Notes: generated by a model from the sequence alone, not told the origin. Positions 45,531 to 54,341 are shown, counted from the stretch's first letter. The stretch is 57,526 nt of DNA from Patescibacteria group bacterium (GCA_038065615.1 JBBTQQ010000002.1:1-57526), one strand, 5' to 3'. A program made the numbers and translations.

Positions 45531-46226
45531 TTATCTATCGCTGGTTAAGTCTCTCTCAAGAGAGTCCAAAACCTTTTTTGCATGATCCCTACCACCCAAA
45601 CCAAAGGCTAAGCCTCCAGCTAGAGCAAGCATGGCAACGACTGCTGTAAACAAGCTCTGGATGAATTGAGTATTTACTTTCAACTGATCCAATGCTGTTA
45701 AGAAAGCTAAAATCAAAATTGACCAGCGTGTTATAGCGCCTAGTGCATCTGCGCCGTGCAATTGACCTGCTGCAACTACTCCTTTAACAAGAGCTGACAA
45801 GAAGTTTGCTGCAATCATACCGATCAACAAAATTGCACAAGCAACAATTACGTTTCCAAAATATGGAAATACTGTTGTGTACAAAAACTGACTGACTTGG
45901 TTTAATCCCAAAATGTCAGCTGCCGCGATAAATGAACCGATCAGGAAGAACCATTTTACTAACCATTCACCGAAATTGGAAATGCTTAGATTCCTACCTG
46001 TTCGGTGTGACAAATGATCAAGACCCAAACGATTTGCTAGCGTATCAATTTTTACTGCAAGCAAAACTTTCTGGACAATCTTGCCCAAGAAAATAGCTAC
46101 CATCCAACCTAAAATTAAGAAGATGATTGCTGCTAAAATATTTGGCAAGTAGCCAACTACTTTAAACCAAAGATTCTGCATGGAGTCTAAAAGACTTGCC
46201 TGATATGTTCCATTGTAATAATTCAT
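45531..46226 (-). CDS. Membrane protein with repeated conserved-TM-helix motifs (MscS N-terminal-like)
   Basis: Polytopic, with repeats such as LPNILAAIIFLILGWMVAIFLGKIV. Start set to MNYYNG (46226, AAGGAAA upstream) rather than the track's 46271. Confidence 0.45.
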   Translation of the reverse strand: MNYYNGTYQASLLDSMQNLWFKVVGYLPNILAAIIFLILGWMVAIFLGKIVQKVLLAVKIDTLANRLGLDHLSHRTGRNLSISNFGEWLVKWFFLIGSFIAAADILGLNQVSQFLYTTVFPYFGNVIVACAILLIGMIAANFLSALVKGVVAAGQLHGADALGAITRWSILILAFLTALDQLKVNTQFIQSLFTAVVAMLALAGGLAFGLGGRDHAKKVLDSLERDLTSDR

Positions 46227-46337
46227 ATGTGTTTCCTTGTTTAGTTCTTTCGAACTATATATTAAATCCAAATCGACCAGTTGGATCTTTTAAATTAATT
46301 AACAAGCTAAATTAATATAGATGTGCGAAAAAATAAA

Positions 46338-46378
46338 GCGAACCTCTCAACTCCCAAAGATTTTGGGTTTAGGTTCGC
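46338..46378 (-). terminator. Terminator after the DoxX-like gene
   Basis: GCGAACCT...AGGTTCGC outer stem with an inner CCCAAA/TTTGGG stem, followed by a T-run on the minus strand. Confidence 0.6.
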
Positions 46379-46443
46379 GAATCAATTATTATTTCTGTGT
46401 AATTAGTTATACACATCTTAAACCTATTATATCAAATCCCCTC

Positions 46444-46797
46444 CTAAACCGCAAAGAATAACGCAATAGCAGCCAAACCAAGCCCAATATCCCTGAAAGT
46501 TATATCCAACACCCCTAAACCAGGAGCCAAAGCAATGACAAACAACAAAACAGCGGCTACCAGAGAAAAGAACTTAACCTTAACATTACCTAAAAATAAA
46601 AGACCAAGAGCAATATCAAGCAAAGCATGGGCAAAGAGCGCGTTCTCCCTTGTAAAACCAAAATTAGAAACCCACATAGGAACAAAACCAACCCAATCAT
46701 TTGGATTAATCAAAGACCTAACCCCAGCATAGATAAAGACAAAGGCTAGAGATATTCTTAACAACAAGACGGTTTTTTGAACCTGTTCTGCTCTCAT
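46444..46797 (-). CDS. Small DoxX-like membrane protein
   Basis: 117 aa, 4 hydrophobic spans. The N-terminal LLLRISLAFVFIYAGVRSL resembles the DoxX family. Confidence 0.45.
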   Translation of the reverse strand: MRAEQVQKTVLLLRISLAFVFIYAGVRSLINPNDWVGFVPMWVSNFGFTRENALFAHALLDIALGLLFLGNVKVKFFSLVAAVLLFVIALAPGLGVLDITFRDIGLGLAAIALFFAV

Positions 46798-46815
46798 CCC
46801 CTAAATTATACACCA

Positions 46816-46844
46816 TTGCAGACTCATTTTCGCAGTGCTACGAT
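46816..46844 (+). promoter_or_regulatory. Candidate promoter of the GC-4 cassette
   Basis: TTGCAG (46816-46821), 17 nt, TACGAT (46839-46844). The roughly 75-nt leader that follows contains the small hairpins CCTGG-AAAGC-CCAGG and CCACC-CAGGC-GGTGG. Confidence 0.3.
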
Positions 46845-46918
46845 GAACTTACCTGGAAAGCCCAGGAGACTTCCACCCAGGCGGTGGGGCAACATCCTTT
46901 TGAAAGGGAGAGTCTACT

Positions 46919-47281
46919 ATGGGGCCGAAGATCGTCGCACGCCAGTATGTCTGCATTAGAGCAATCGAAGCGCTGCTCCTGCAGATCACTCAGAGGTTCA
47001 CTCCCGGGGTAGCTTACAGGGTCTCGTCTATGGACATTCCCAGCTCAGCTAGCTCAACAGCGGAAAGGATCAAAGGAAAGGTCCTGAAGTTCTCCACTGT
47101 GAAGGACACTAACGGGAAGTTTGAGGTAAGCTTCTCCTGCACACTGCAGCTGTACAGGATACTGGGACTCTGGAACCCAGCGTCCTTCAAGCTTTCCCTG
47201 AATGGCGAGGACTATGAAGGGAGTTTTGGTGCTTCAAGCACCTACAACATCCTGGTCCAGGACGTGATCAAGAAGAGCTAG
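46919..47281 (+). CDS. 120-aa protein of unknown function, compositionally foreign (GC-4)
   Basis: It is the only 60-aa-or-longer ORF the track lists over the body of this patch (just a short upstream ORF, 46777-46959, clips its 5' end). GGGAGAG lies 7 nt before the ATG. Line 46921-46980 counts 58% G+C. Codon usage differs from the host: Lys 8 AAG to 1 AAA; Arg 4 AGG, 1 AGA, 1 CGC. It is plus-strand inside the 41539-47772 minus-strand run. Confidence 0.55.
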   Translation: MGPKIVARQYVCIRAIEALLLQITQRFTPGVAYRVSSMDIPSSASSTAERIKGKVLKFSTVKDTNGKFEVSFSCTLQLYRILGLWNPASFKLSLNGEDYEGSFGASSTYNILVQDVIKKS

Positions 47282-47311
47282 CACCAAGGAGGCACAACTG
47301 AAAAAAAGCAA

Positions 47312-47341
47312 AAGCCAATGGCAAAGCTTGACCATTGGCTT
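47312..47341. other. Hairpin 1 of a triple-hairpin cluster
   Basis: AAGCCAATGG / CCATTGGCTT, 10-bp stem, 10-nt loop. The T-run is on the minus-strand side only. Confidence 0.6.
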
Positions 47342-47343
47342 GA

Positions 47344-47376
47344 GACGTCAACAGAAATGTTGATGTCTTTTGATTT
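47344..47376 (+). terminator. Likely terminator of the GC-4 ORF
   Basis: GACGTCAACA-GAAA-TGTTGATGTC (one G-U pair), followed by TTTTGATTT. Confidence 0.6.
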
Positions 47377-47391
47377 CTGAGGGATATATAA

Positions 47392-47415
47392 AACCTCCTG
47401 GCATATCAGGAGGTT
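47392..47415 (-). terminator. Likely terminator of hup
   Basis: AACCTCCTG-GCATAT-CAGGAGGTT, followed on the minus strand by TTATATAT. It is the first hairpin downstream of the hup stop. Confidence 0.55.
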
Positions 47416-47487
47416 GTATATATTTCTTTAAACACAGAAAACAGTTTGCACCCGTTTGCTATGTTCTTTTGTTTCGCTAGAAGCTAG

Positions 47488-47772
47488 TTAAAGAATTGAA
47501 TCCTTAGCTGCTTTTGCGACTCTAAACTTAACTACTGTTTTGGCAGGAATTGAGATTTGGGCGCCGGTTGCAGGATTTCGGCCCATGCGAGCTGCACGAT
47601 CCTTTTTCTGCAATTTACCCAAGCCAGGGATGGTGAATTCACCATTTCTCTTAGCTTCGCTGTATGCGGTGCTTACGAGAATTTCTAGCATTTCTGCCAC
47701 TTCTTTACGGCTCTTGCCTGTCTTTTCTGCTAATGCTTGTAGCAGTTGAGACTTGTTCATTGGTTTTGCCAT
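47488..47772 (-). CDS. hup: HU family DNA-binding protein
   Basis: MNKSQLLQALAEKTGKSRKEVAEMLE...GRNPATGAQISIPAKTVVKFRVAKAAKD is the canonical HU/IHF fold signature. Confidence 0.9.
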   Translation of the reverse strand: MAKPMNKSQLLQALAEKTGKSRKEVAEMLEILVSTAYSEAKRNGEFTIPGLGKLQKKDRAARMGRNPATGAQISIPAKTVVKFRVAKAAKDSIL

Positions 47773-47987
47773 AAGTATTTGTTAATTATCTTTCTTGAGA
47801 TAGTATAGCACAGGGATTAAAAAAAGCTAGTAAAATCAAGGGTTTTGTCAATGGTCTAAGATACAGGGGCAAAAAAGGCTTAAACTACACCCTAATATAT
47901 CTGTTAAAAAATCAATACTTTTTAATCATTGCTCCCCTTGTTTTCCAAGAGTATACTTCAATATGGTGTGCAATTAAACGCAAAAAT

Positions 47988-49469
47988 ATGCAGACAACCC
48001 TAACCCCAAAAGAACAACAACAAGTAAACGCATACTTAAAAAGCAAAGGATTACCTGTTGATTTCGCGGTTACTTTCTCAGATGTAACTTTACCCGAGAA
48101 ATACTCAGAAATACGTTCTAGAAGCGAAATACACGACTTTAAGACCCGTGTGGTTTCAAACATACACTTAGATATCCCCATCTGTAGCGCGAACATGGAA
48201 TCAGTTACTGGGGCTGAAATGGTGATTGCACTTGAACGTGAAGGCGGTATGGGTTTCATCCCTCAAACAATTCCAATAGAAGAAAGGTTGGATATGATTC
48301 AGAAAATCAAAAGAACTGATTCAGCGTACATAGATAACCCATTAACAGTATCCCCTGCTCAAACACTGAAACAAGCAAAAGAGATCATGGATAAGTATAA
48401 AATATATTCTCTTGTTGTTGTAGACAAAAACAAAAAACCAGTTGGTATTCTTTCAACACGCGATTGGCTCTATGAAACCAATGAAAACAAAAAGATCAAA
48501 GACTTAATGGGCGGAAAAAACAAGGTTGTCGTTGCTCCTGCAAATACTAGCTTTGAAGACGCGGAAAAAATACTTAGAGAAAATAAAATAGAGAAACTTC
48601 CACTTGTTAACAAAGCTGGTCATTTAGCTGGACTCATAACAGCGCATGGGCTGTTCTACAAAAACCATAATCCTAGAGCAACCAGAAACAGCAAAGGAAA
48701 CTTTCTGATAGCTGGATCAATTGGTGTTGGAAAAGAATTCACCACAAAACACATGCGTGAAGTAGAACTGCAGGTCAAAACAGGAATAGACATTCTAATG
48801 ATTGATACGGCCAGAGCTTTTTCCATAAACACAAAAGAAGCTCTAAAAGCAGTTAAAAAGAAATACCCAAAACTTCCAGTGATTGTTGGTAATGTTTCAA
48901 CACCAGAAGGCGCTAAATTCCTTTTTGAAAACGGAGCTGATGGAGTCAAAGTAAACCAAGGACGCGGTCATGTTTGTAGAACATCTGAGGTTGGAATTGG
49001 AATCCCTCAACTAACAGCAATCGCAAAAGCCTCCGCTATAGCAAAAAACTACAATGGTACAGTCTTTGCTGATGGTGGCATGAAAAACGCTGGAGATATG
49101 GTTAAAGCAATAGCAGCAGGTGCTGACATTGTTTTTACGGGTTACCTCTTAATTGGTTCTAAAGAATCAGCAGCACAACTTTACTTCAACAAAAAAGGAC
49201 TCCCTGTTAAAAACTACGAGGGTTCTGCTTCAATCGCATCGCAATCAAAAAGAATCGCCAAAGGAAATCTTGATCGAATGCGCAGACCAGAAGGAGTTAC
49301 AGAGGAGGTTGTTGTTACTGGAACAGTTGCAGAAATCGTTAATGACCTTTTAGATGGTTTTAAATCAGCAATGAGCTATCAAGGTGTTCGAACCCTAAAA
49401 GAACTTCGTGAAAAGACAAAGTTCCAGTTACAAACAAGCGCAGGATCTTTTGAGGGTTTAAAGAAATAG
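47988..49469 (+). CDS. guaB: IMP dehydrogenase family protein (with CBS pair)
   Basis: SANMESVTG, a CBS region, catalytic-loop Cys in NQGRGHVCRTSEVGIGIPQ, and ADGGMKNAGDMVKAIAAGAD. The catalytic loop diverges from the usual GIGPGSICTTR. Confidence 0.8.
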   Translation: MQTTLTPKEQQQVNAYLKSKGLPVDFAVTFSDVTLPEKYSEIRSRSEIHDFKTRVVSNIHLDIPICSANMESVTGAEMVIALEREGGMGFIPQTIPIEERLDMIQKIKRTDSAYIDNPLTVSPAQTLKQAKEIMDKYKIYSLVVVDKNKKPVGILSTRDWLYETNENKKIKDLMGGKNKVVVAPANTSFEDAEKILRENKIEKLPLVNKAGHLAGLITAHGLFYKNHNPRATRNSKGNFLIAGSIGVGKEFTTKHMREVELQVKTGIDILMIDTARAFSINTKEALKAVKKKYPKLPVIVGNVSTPEGAKFLFENGADGVKVNQGRGHVCRTSEVGIGIPQLTAIAKASAIAKNYNGTVFADGGMKNAGDMVKAIAAGADIVFTGYLLIGSKESAAQLYFNKKGLPVKNYEGSASIASQSKRIAKGNLDRMRRPEGVTEEVVVTGTVAEIVNDLLDGFKSAMSYQGVRTLKELREKTKFQLQTSAGSFEGLKK

Positions 49470-50171
49470 CTAAAAAAGCTTAAACACAAAGTCCCCGCTT
49501 CTATCAATCAAGCTATTTCTAAAATAGTACGCATTGCCCTGATGAACAAAGGCAACAGATTTTGCATACCTTAAATTTTGAAAAGTAATTACTTGTGTTG
49601 AAAACATATTATTCTCAACAACCAAACTATTCTCAGGGTTTGCAAACATCTCTTGCTTCAATGATTCATAACTTTGATTAGTACCTAGAAAAACTTCAAT
49701 ACTACCAATTTCTATTGAATCTAAATAAAAGACAAGAGCATTACCATTTCTTTCCTCAAGACTGCATGTCCAAGCAACAGGAACTGAAATACTAAAACGC
49801 AACTCAGAAACCCCACAAGCTTTAAAGCCTGGGATTTCTTTTATTTCTGAAGTCAAAGGATTAGTTGTGCTAGGACCCTTGGGTTGTTCTGTAATCTTGT
49901 TTGTTTCAACACCAACAACAGTTGCAACTGGAGGCGGTGGGGTTATTATATCCGCTTTTTTCTCAGGAGGAAATGATGTTCCTAGAAGTGGAAAAACACC
50001 TTCTCCAGAAGGAAACTGTTGGGTTACAGTCTGTTGTTTTGGTTTTGTCTTTAACTTTGAAATGAAATACATACCAGCAACAACAATGATTGTAAGCAGC
50101 AAAATTAAAATTATTGCTCTTTTCATATATCTATTCAGTATACCACTTTTAACCTTTTCATTTGAAAACAA
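49470..50171 (-). CDS. Hypothetical N-terminally anchored protein (233 aa)
   Basis: ORF with a TM (AIILILLLTIIVVAGMYFI) followed by a Pro/Thr-rich linker. No family recognised. Confidence 0.5.
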   Translation of the reverse strand: MFSNEKVKSGILNRYMKRAIILILLLTIIVVAGMYFISKLKTKPKQQTVTQQFPSGEGVFPLLGTSFPPEKKADIITPPPPVATVVGVETNKITEQPKGPSTTNPLTSEIKEIPGFKACGVSELRFSISVPVAWTCSLEERNGNALVFYLDSIEIGSIEVFLGTNQSYESLKQEMFANPENSLVVENNMFSTQVITFQNLRYAKSVAFVHQGNAYYFRNSLIDRSGDFVFKLF

Positions 50172-50213
50172 AGCAACCCCATCCTACCAAGGAGGGCTAC
50201 CTCAATTTAACAA

Positions 50214-51446
50214 CTATTCTTCAATATATTCCGGAGAAGTTTTGTTCCTAATTGATTTACTAACATAAAAGAAACAAATCCCTGCTAAAAAAACAAAAAT
50301 TGTTACAAACTCCAAACCATGACGAAGTCCTCCGTCCCCACCAAACCTTGATTGACTTAAATCAGAAATTCTTCCTACAACTGCCGGAGCAGCTGTGTCT
50401 CCAAACAAATGGATTATTAATACATAAAAAGCAAAAGCAGTAGCGCGCATATGCTTAGGAACAACATCATGAATAACGGCGGTGGCAGGAGAGTGATATG
50501 CGCTTAAAAACATTGAACCCAAAAAAAACAACAAAAGAAAATACTTTCCATGTGCTTGTAAGCCCAAAAACATCAAAGGCGCGGCAATCAACAAAGACCA
50601 TGCGATTGTATCACTTCTACCCCAAGCAAACTTTTTATGCAATCTATCAGCAACATAACCCCCGATGAAAACACCTAACACACCAGCAATCATCATAGTA
50701 AGCCCAAGGATTATTGAAGCTTCCTGAATATTATACCCCTTGTACCTTCTAACAAACTCAACACCCCAGGCAATATATCCCCCACCTGCAAAAGCAGTTA
50801 AAGTTCCACCAACAATTGCCCATAGCAAGGCCGGATTCTTAAGAAGTTGTTTGAAAGGAATTTTAGGATGAACGCTCTTCTCTGTTTTGTCATACAAACG
50901 ACTACTTAAAAAAGCCAACAAAAATCCTGGAGCAGAAACAAAAAAGAAAGCATAACGCCAATTAAAATGATAAGCAATAATACCGCCTAAAGCAGCACCA
51001 AGCGTTCCACCTATAAACATACCAGCATTAAAATACCCCTGAGCCATGGCTCTTTCTTCTTGCGGAAAATTATCTGAAATCATGGCCGTTGCAGCAGGAG
51101 CATAACTTGCCTCCCCTATACCAACCAAAGATCTAATTCCAAGCAAAGCTTTAAAGCTTGTAGCCATTCCTGAAAAGAAAGAAGCAAAACTCCAAAACGT
51201 AACCCCCGCAGTTATCAAGAGCTTTCTTGAATACTTGTCAGCAAGCATTCCCAAAGGAACGCTGGCTAAAGAATGAACCAACATAAAAACACTGCCTAAC
51301 AACCCAAGCTGCGTATCTGACACGCCAAACTCTGCTTGAATGTTATGAAACAGCGGGAAAATTACTTGTCTATCTACGTAATTAAAAAAATTAATCAAGG
51401 CCAGAACCCAAACGATTTGTGTCTGTTCTCTAGTAAACTTATGCAT
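50214..51446 (-). CDS. MFS transporter
   Basis: 410 aa, about 12 TM. The MFS loop motif GMLADKYSRK lies between TM2 and TM3. Confidence 0.75.
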   Translation of the reverse strand: MHKFTREQTQIVWVLALINFFNYVDRQVIFPLFHNIQAEFGVSDTQLGLLGSVFMLVHSLASVPLGMLADKYSRKLLITAGVTFWSFASFFSGMATSFKALLGIRSLVGIGEASYAPAATAMISDNFPQEERAMAQGYFNAGMFIGGTLGAALGGIIAYHFNWRYAFFFVSAPGFLLAFLSSRLYDKTEKSVHPKIPFKQLLKNPALLWAIVGGTLTAFAGGGYIAWGVEFVRRYKGYNIQEASIILGLTMMIAGVLGVFIGGYVADRLHKKFAWGRSDTIAWSLLIAAPLMFLGLQAHGKYFLLLFFLGSMFLSAYHSPATAVIHDVVPKHMRATAFAFYVLIIHLFGDTAAPAVVGRISDLSQSRFGGDGGLRHGLEFVTIFVFLAGICFFYVSKSIRNKTSPEYIEE

Positions 51447-51838
51447 TATTCTACCAAACCTCCCTGGATACCTTTAATCGCTTCAACAATTTCACTCCTA
51501 ACGCGTTCCTCGATCATACCTACTCCATTAGAAGATTCTTCGCCGTCTCTAATTAGCTGTTCTAAATGCTCAAGCGTTTCCTTAGAAGCAATGCCTGGGT
51601 CTGAAGCATGAGCGCTCCAGATCATCTTTAAAACATGCATTGCATAATATATCCATTCTCTATCAGACATACCTAAGGACTCATCCAATCCATTTTGATG
51701 CGATAAAAAATCAATATAATCAAGTAATGACCTTGAAAGATTCGCTCTTAACTCTGGGTTTGGAAGAATTTCAACCTGTTCTTGCTTCCAAGCATCAGGA
51801 TCTTGTGACTCCCAAGGATTTGTTTCAGAATCAGTCAT
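51446..51838 (-). CDS. Hypothetical acidic protein (130 aa)
   Basis: Clean ORF whose stop shares position 51446 with the downstream MFS start. Confidence 0.5.
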   Translation of the reverse strand: MTDSETNPWESQDPDAWKQEQVEILPNPELRANLSRSLLDYIDFLSHQNGLDESLGMSDREWIYYAMHVLKMIWSAHASDPGIASKETLEHLEQLIRDGEESSNGVGMIEERVRSEIVEAIKGIQGGLVE

Positions 51839-51859
51839 AGATATATGATATCACACTGT

Positions 51860-53119
51860 TTAAATATGCCTATGCATTTTTTTGTGCAAGACATCTGTTG
51901 CAACAACTTTACTAAAATCAAACTTTGATTTTAACGTGTACGCTATTCCAACCAAAATAATCATCAGGACTGACATAACAACATACGCAAACTTAATTCC
52001 TTGTGAGTCTATAATCACACCAACAATCAAAGGACCAACCAAGGCTCCAATATCATAGATAAGGGACATCATACTGCCTACCCTGCCAAAGTGTTCAGGC
52101 TGTGCGCATACTGTAATAAGCTCGTTATTTCCAACAGAAATTAACTCTAAAACAAGCCCAACACAGAAAGCAACAAGAGCCTGCCACCAGAAGGACCCAA
52201 TGAAGACTAAAGAAATAACCAATAATGCCATTGCAACAAGCCCATACGCGAAAGTCTTCAATCCCTGGTTATCAAACCACTTTCCAAGCCACCAACCAAA
52301 AATATATGGCAGAGCAAACATCACACCAATCAAAATTGCTTTACTTAAACCAGCGCCTTCTGTATATGCTTGAATTGGAAGAAAAAACGCCAACACTGAA
52401 CTAACCAAAGCAATGAAAAAATTAAACATTGCGACAGCTTTTAACTTCCAATCCCAACGGATGAGATCCCTAAAAGCTAAACCATAGACCTGATTAAAAT
52501 TCTCAGGTTCTCCACTTTGTTTAAATACCTCTGGAGTCTTCTGAAAATACCAGATGATGAAAAACGCAATCAAAGATGTTGGTGTAATAAGGAACAGGAG
52601 TTGATGGATAGAAAAATATTGAATAAGCCACATACCAGACAAAGCAGCAACAACCCACCAGAAATTAGCAATCGTATCAAAATACCCAAAAATCGTTGCC
52701 AGCTTACCATCAGAAGCATTTCTTCTGAAATATGTTCCCCTACCAACAGAATCCATTGCAAAAGTAATACCATTTAAGAAACGCCCCAACACAACAAACA
52801 CAACCATTCCTGTAACTCCAGCAAGAAAATATGATGCCCCAATAAAGGTGTACAACAAAAGCCCAACCAGAATTATACTGGTTGCTTTAAAACGATCAGC
52901 AGCCATCCCTATTATAGGGAGCGCAAGAATGAAAGAAACATCATAAGCAGCACGGATTAAACCAGCTTCAGCATAGTTTCTGGAAAAAGAAAAGATAAAC
53001 ACGGGGAGCAAAGATTCAGCAAATCCCCAACCAGCCCAACGAACAGCAGTTGCAAACGTAACAATTCTAATCCCTAATGGAGCTGAAAACTCAGAGAAAC
53101 CAAAAAGCCTTTTAATCAT
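51860..53119 (-). CDS. MFS transporter
   Basis: 419 aa, about 12 TM, with MFS-like GMAADRFK after TM2. Confidence 0.7.
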   Translation of the reverse strand: MIKRLFGFSEFSAPLGIRIVTFATAVRWAGWGFAESLLPVFIFSFSRNYAEAGLIRAAYDVSFILALPIIGMAADRFKATSIILVGLLLYTFIGASYFLAGVTGMVVFVVLGRFLNGITFAMDSVGRGTYFRRNASDGKLATIFGYFDTIANFWWVVAALSGMWLIQYFSIHQLLFLITPTSLIAFFIIWYFQKTPEVFKQSGEPENFNQVYGLAFRDLIRWDWKLKAVAMFNFFIALVSSVLAFFLPIQAYTEGAGLSKAILIGVMFALPYIFGWWLGKWFDNQGLKTFAYGLVAMALLVISLVFIGSFWWQALVAFCVGLVLELISVGNNELITVCAQPEHFGRVGSMMSLIYDIGALVGPLIVGVIIDSQGIKFAYVVMSVLMIILVGIAYTLKSKFDFSKVVATDVLHKKMHRHI

Positions 53120-53134
53120 ATTTTAGCAAAAAAA

Positions 53135-54100
53135 TTATTTCAAAACTCTAATTTTTTCAAAATTCTTACCGGTTAACCCTTTAATAGAAACGTTTACCCA
53201 TTCGTATTCTGAATTTGCTAACTGAGACGGTGAGAGTACATATTCTACGTATCCATCTTCCTTTTGTTTTAAAGCCCCTACCCCAACCCAAAATTTAGCC
53301 ACAGAAGTCTTTGTGGTTCCCACTGGAATACAGTTTCCTATCTGTGTGCTAAATACCAAAACCTTATCCCTATCTCTAGTGTATGGTCTTCTACGGCTCA
53401 CAGTATAGTAAGCTTGATGCATTAATTCTGTTTTTTCACGCCACAAAGGATCGCTATCTTGACCTGGTTTTAATCGGACATTCATCTCAACCATCCTTTT
53501 GCGTCTTTCATCTAAAGTTGGCAAACCACCCAACTGTTTTTCCATTAAACTAATTTTGTCTTTCAAATCTTCATCAAATTCTTCGGGTGTATAATGCGAA
53601 CCAACTGGGGTCAATGTAAACTTCATGTTTCCTGGCAAATAGCCACTAAGGGAACCAAGAAGTTCTCTAAAACCATTAGTATAACTTTCAGTCTCCGCCT
53701 TAGAAATATTATTCATTCTTTCAACGATTACATCATCAGAGCTAAAATCAAAAACCAACCCCGACTTATACACCTCCGCAATTGGCTTTAACCATTTTGC
53801 ATAGTACATCAGTGTAAATAGCTCTGCCCAGTCAACATCTGGAGATTCATCTAAACGCCATAACTTGTAACCACCAAAAACAAAAACGAATTGGATAGGT
53901 TCATTTTTACTAACGCTCCTATCTATCGCCTCTCTTACTTGTTTTTGGTACTCATCTGAAACACTAAACTTTCTGAACTTTTTAGACATGATTGTCTTAA
54001 AAATAAACTCAGAAAGCTGATCTTGTGATGAAAAACTCATTTCTAATTTTTCAGGTTTCAGCTGTTGTAATCTTTTCTCAATAAATTCTTGTGGTGTCAT
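53135..54100 (-). CDS. Hypothetical protein (321 aa); weak resemblance to Dit1/PvcA-type enzymes
   Basis: Clean ORF. The segment PIQFVFVFGGYKLWRLDESPDVDWAELFTLMYY...VYKSGLVFDFSSDD loosely recalls the Dit1/PvcA core pattern (from memory, unverified). Confidence 0.5.
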   Translation of the reverse strand: MTPQEFIEKRLQQLKPEKLEMSFSSQDQLSEFIFKTIMSKKFRKFSVSDEYQKQVREAIDRSVSKNEPIQFVFVFGGYKLWRLDESPDVDWAELFTLMYYAKWLKPIAEVYKSGLVFDFSSDDVIVERMNNISKAETESYTNGFRELLGSLSGYLPGNMKFTLTPVGSHYTPEEFDEDLKDKISLMEKQLGGLPTLDERRKRMVEMNVRLKPGQDSDPLWREKTELMHQAYYTVSRRRPYTRDRDKVLVFSTQIGNCIPVGTTKTSVAKFWVGVGALKQKEDGYVEYVLSPSQLANSEYEWVNVSIKGLTGKNFEKIRVLK

Positions 54101-54105
54101 GATTT

Positions 54106-54179
54106 TGGAGATGTGGGCAGGATTTAAACCTACCTATTCCACCTTGCGGGTAGACGCCTAGACACTCGGCCACCACATC
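54106..54179 (-). tRNA. tRNA-Cys (anticodon GCA), non-canonical loops
   Basis: Reverse complement GATGTGGTGGCCGAGTGTCTAGGCGTCTACCCGCAAGGTGGAATAGGTAGGTTTAAATCCTGCCCACATCTCCA. Anticodon stem TCTAC/GTGGA with loop CC-GCA-AG, discriminator U73 as expected for tRNA-Cys, and encoded CCA. Oddities: C at position 33, no GG in the D loop, and T loop TTTAAAT. Confidence 0.7.
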
Positions 54180-54224
54180 AGAATAAGCATAACAAAAAAC
54201 ACTAGCTATCGCTAATGTTCTTTG

Positions 54225-54298
54225 TGGCAGGGGTGCTAGGAGTTGGACCCAGTCTAAATCTTTTGGAGAGATTTGTGCGACCGTTACACTACACCCCC
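54225..54298 (-). tRNA. tRNA-Trp (anticodon CCA)
   Basis: Reverse complement GGGGGTGTAGTGTAACGGTCGCACAAATCTCTCCAAAAGATTTAGACTGGGTCCAACTCCTAGCACCCCTGCCA. Anticodon stem AATCT/AGATT with loop CT-CCA-AA and encoded CCA. The T loop reads TCCAACT, which is unusual at position 55. Confidence 0.8.
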
Positions 54299-54299
54299 A

Positions 54300-54338
54300 A
54301 GAAAAACAGCTCATAAGCCCAAGGCTTACAAGCTGTTT
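54300..54338 (-). terminator. Terminator after rpmG
   Basis: Long hairpin AAACAGCT..TAAGCC-CAA-GGCTTA..AGCTGTTT, followed on the minus strand by TTTTTC. Confidence 0.65.
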
Positions 54339-54341
54339 GAA

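Noticed and set aside
47130-47140. GAG|GTAAGC inside the GC-4 ORF as a eukaryotic 5' splice site (intron-containing eukaryotic contaminant)
   Set aside because: A single GTAAG match is expected by chance, the ORF is continuous without splicing, and bacterial-style SD and terminator signals flank it. The odd codon usage is kept as an open question in the findings.
54078-54314. 78-aa minus-strand ORF
   Set aside because: It is composed of the tRNA-Cys and tRNA-Trp genes and their spacer, so it is spurious.
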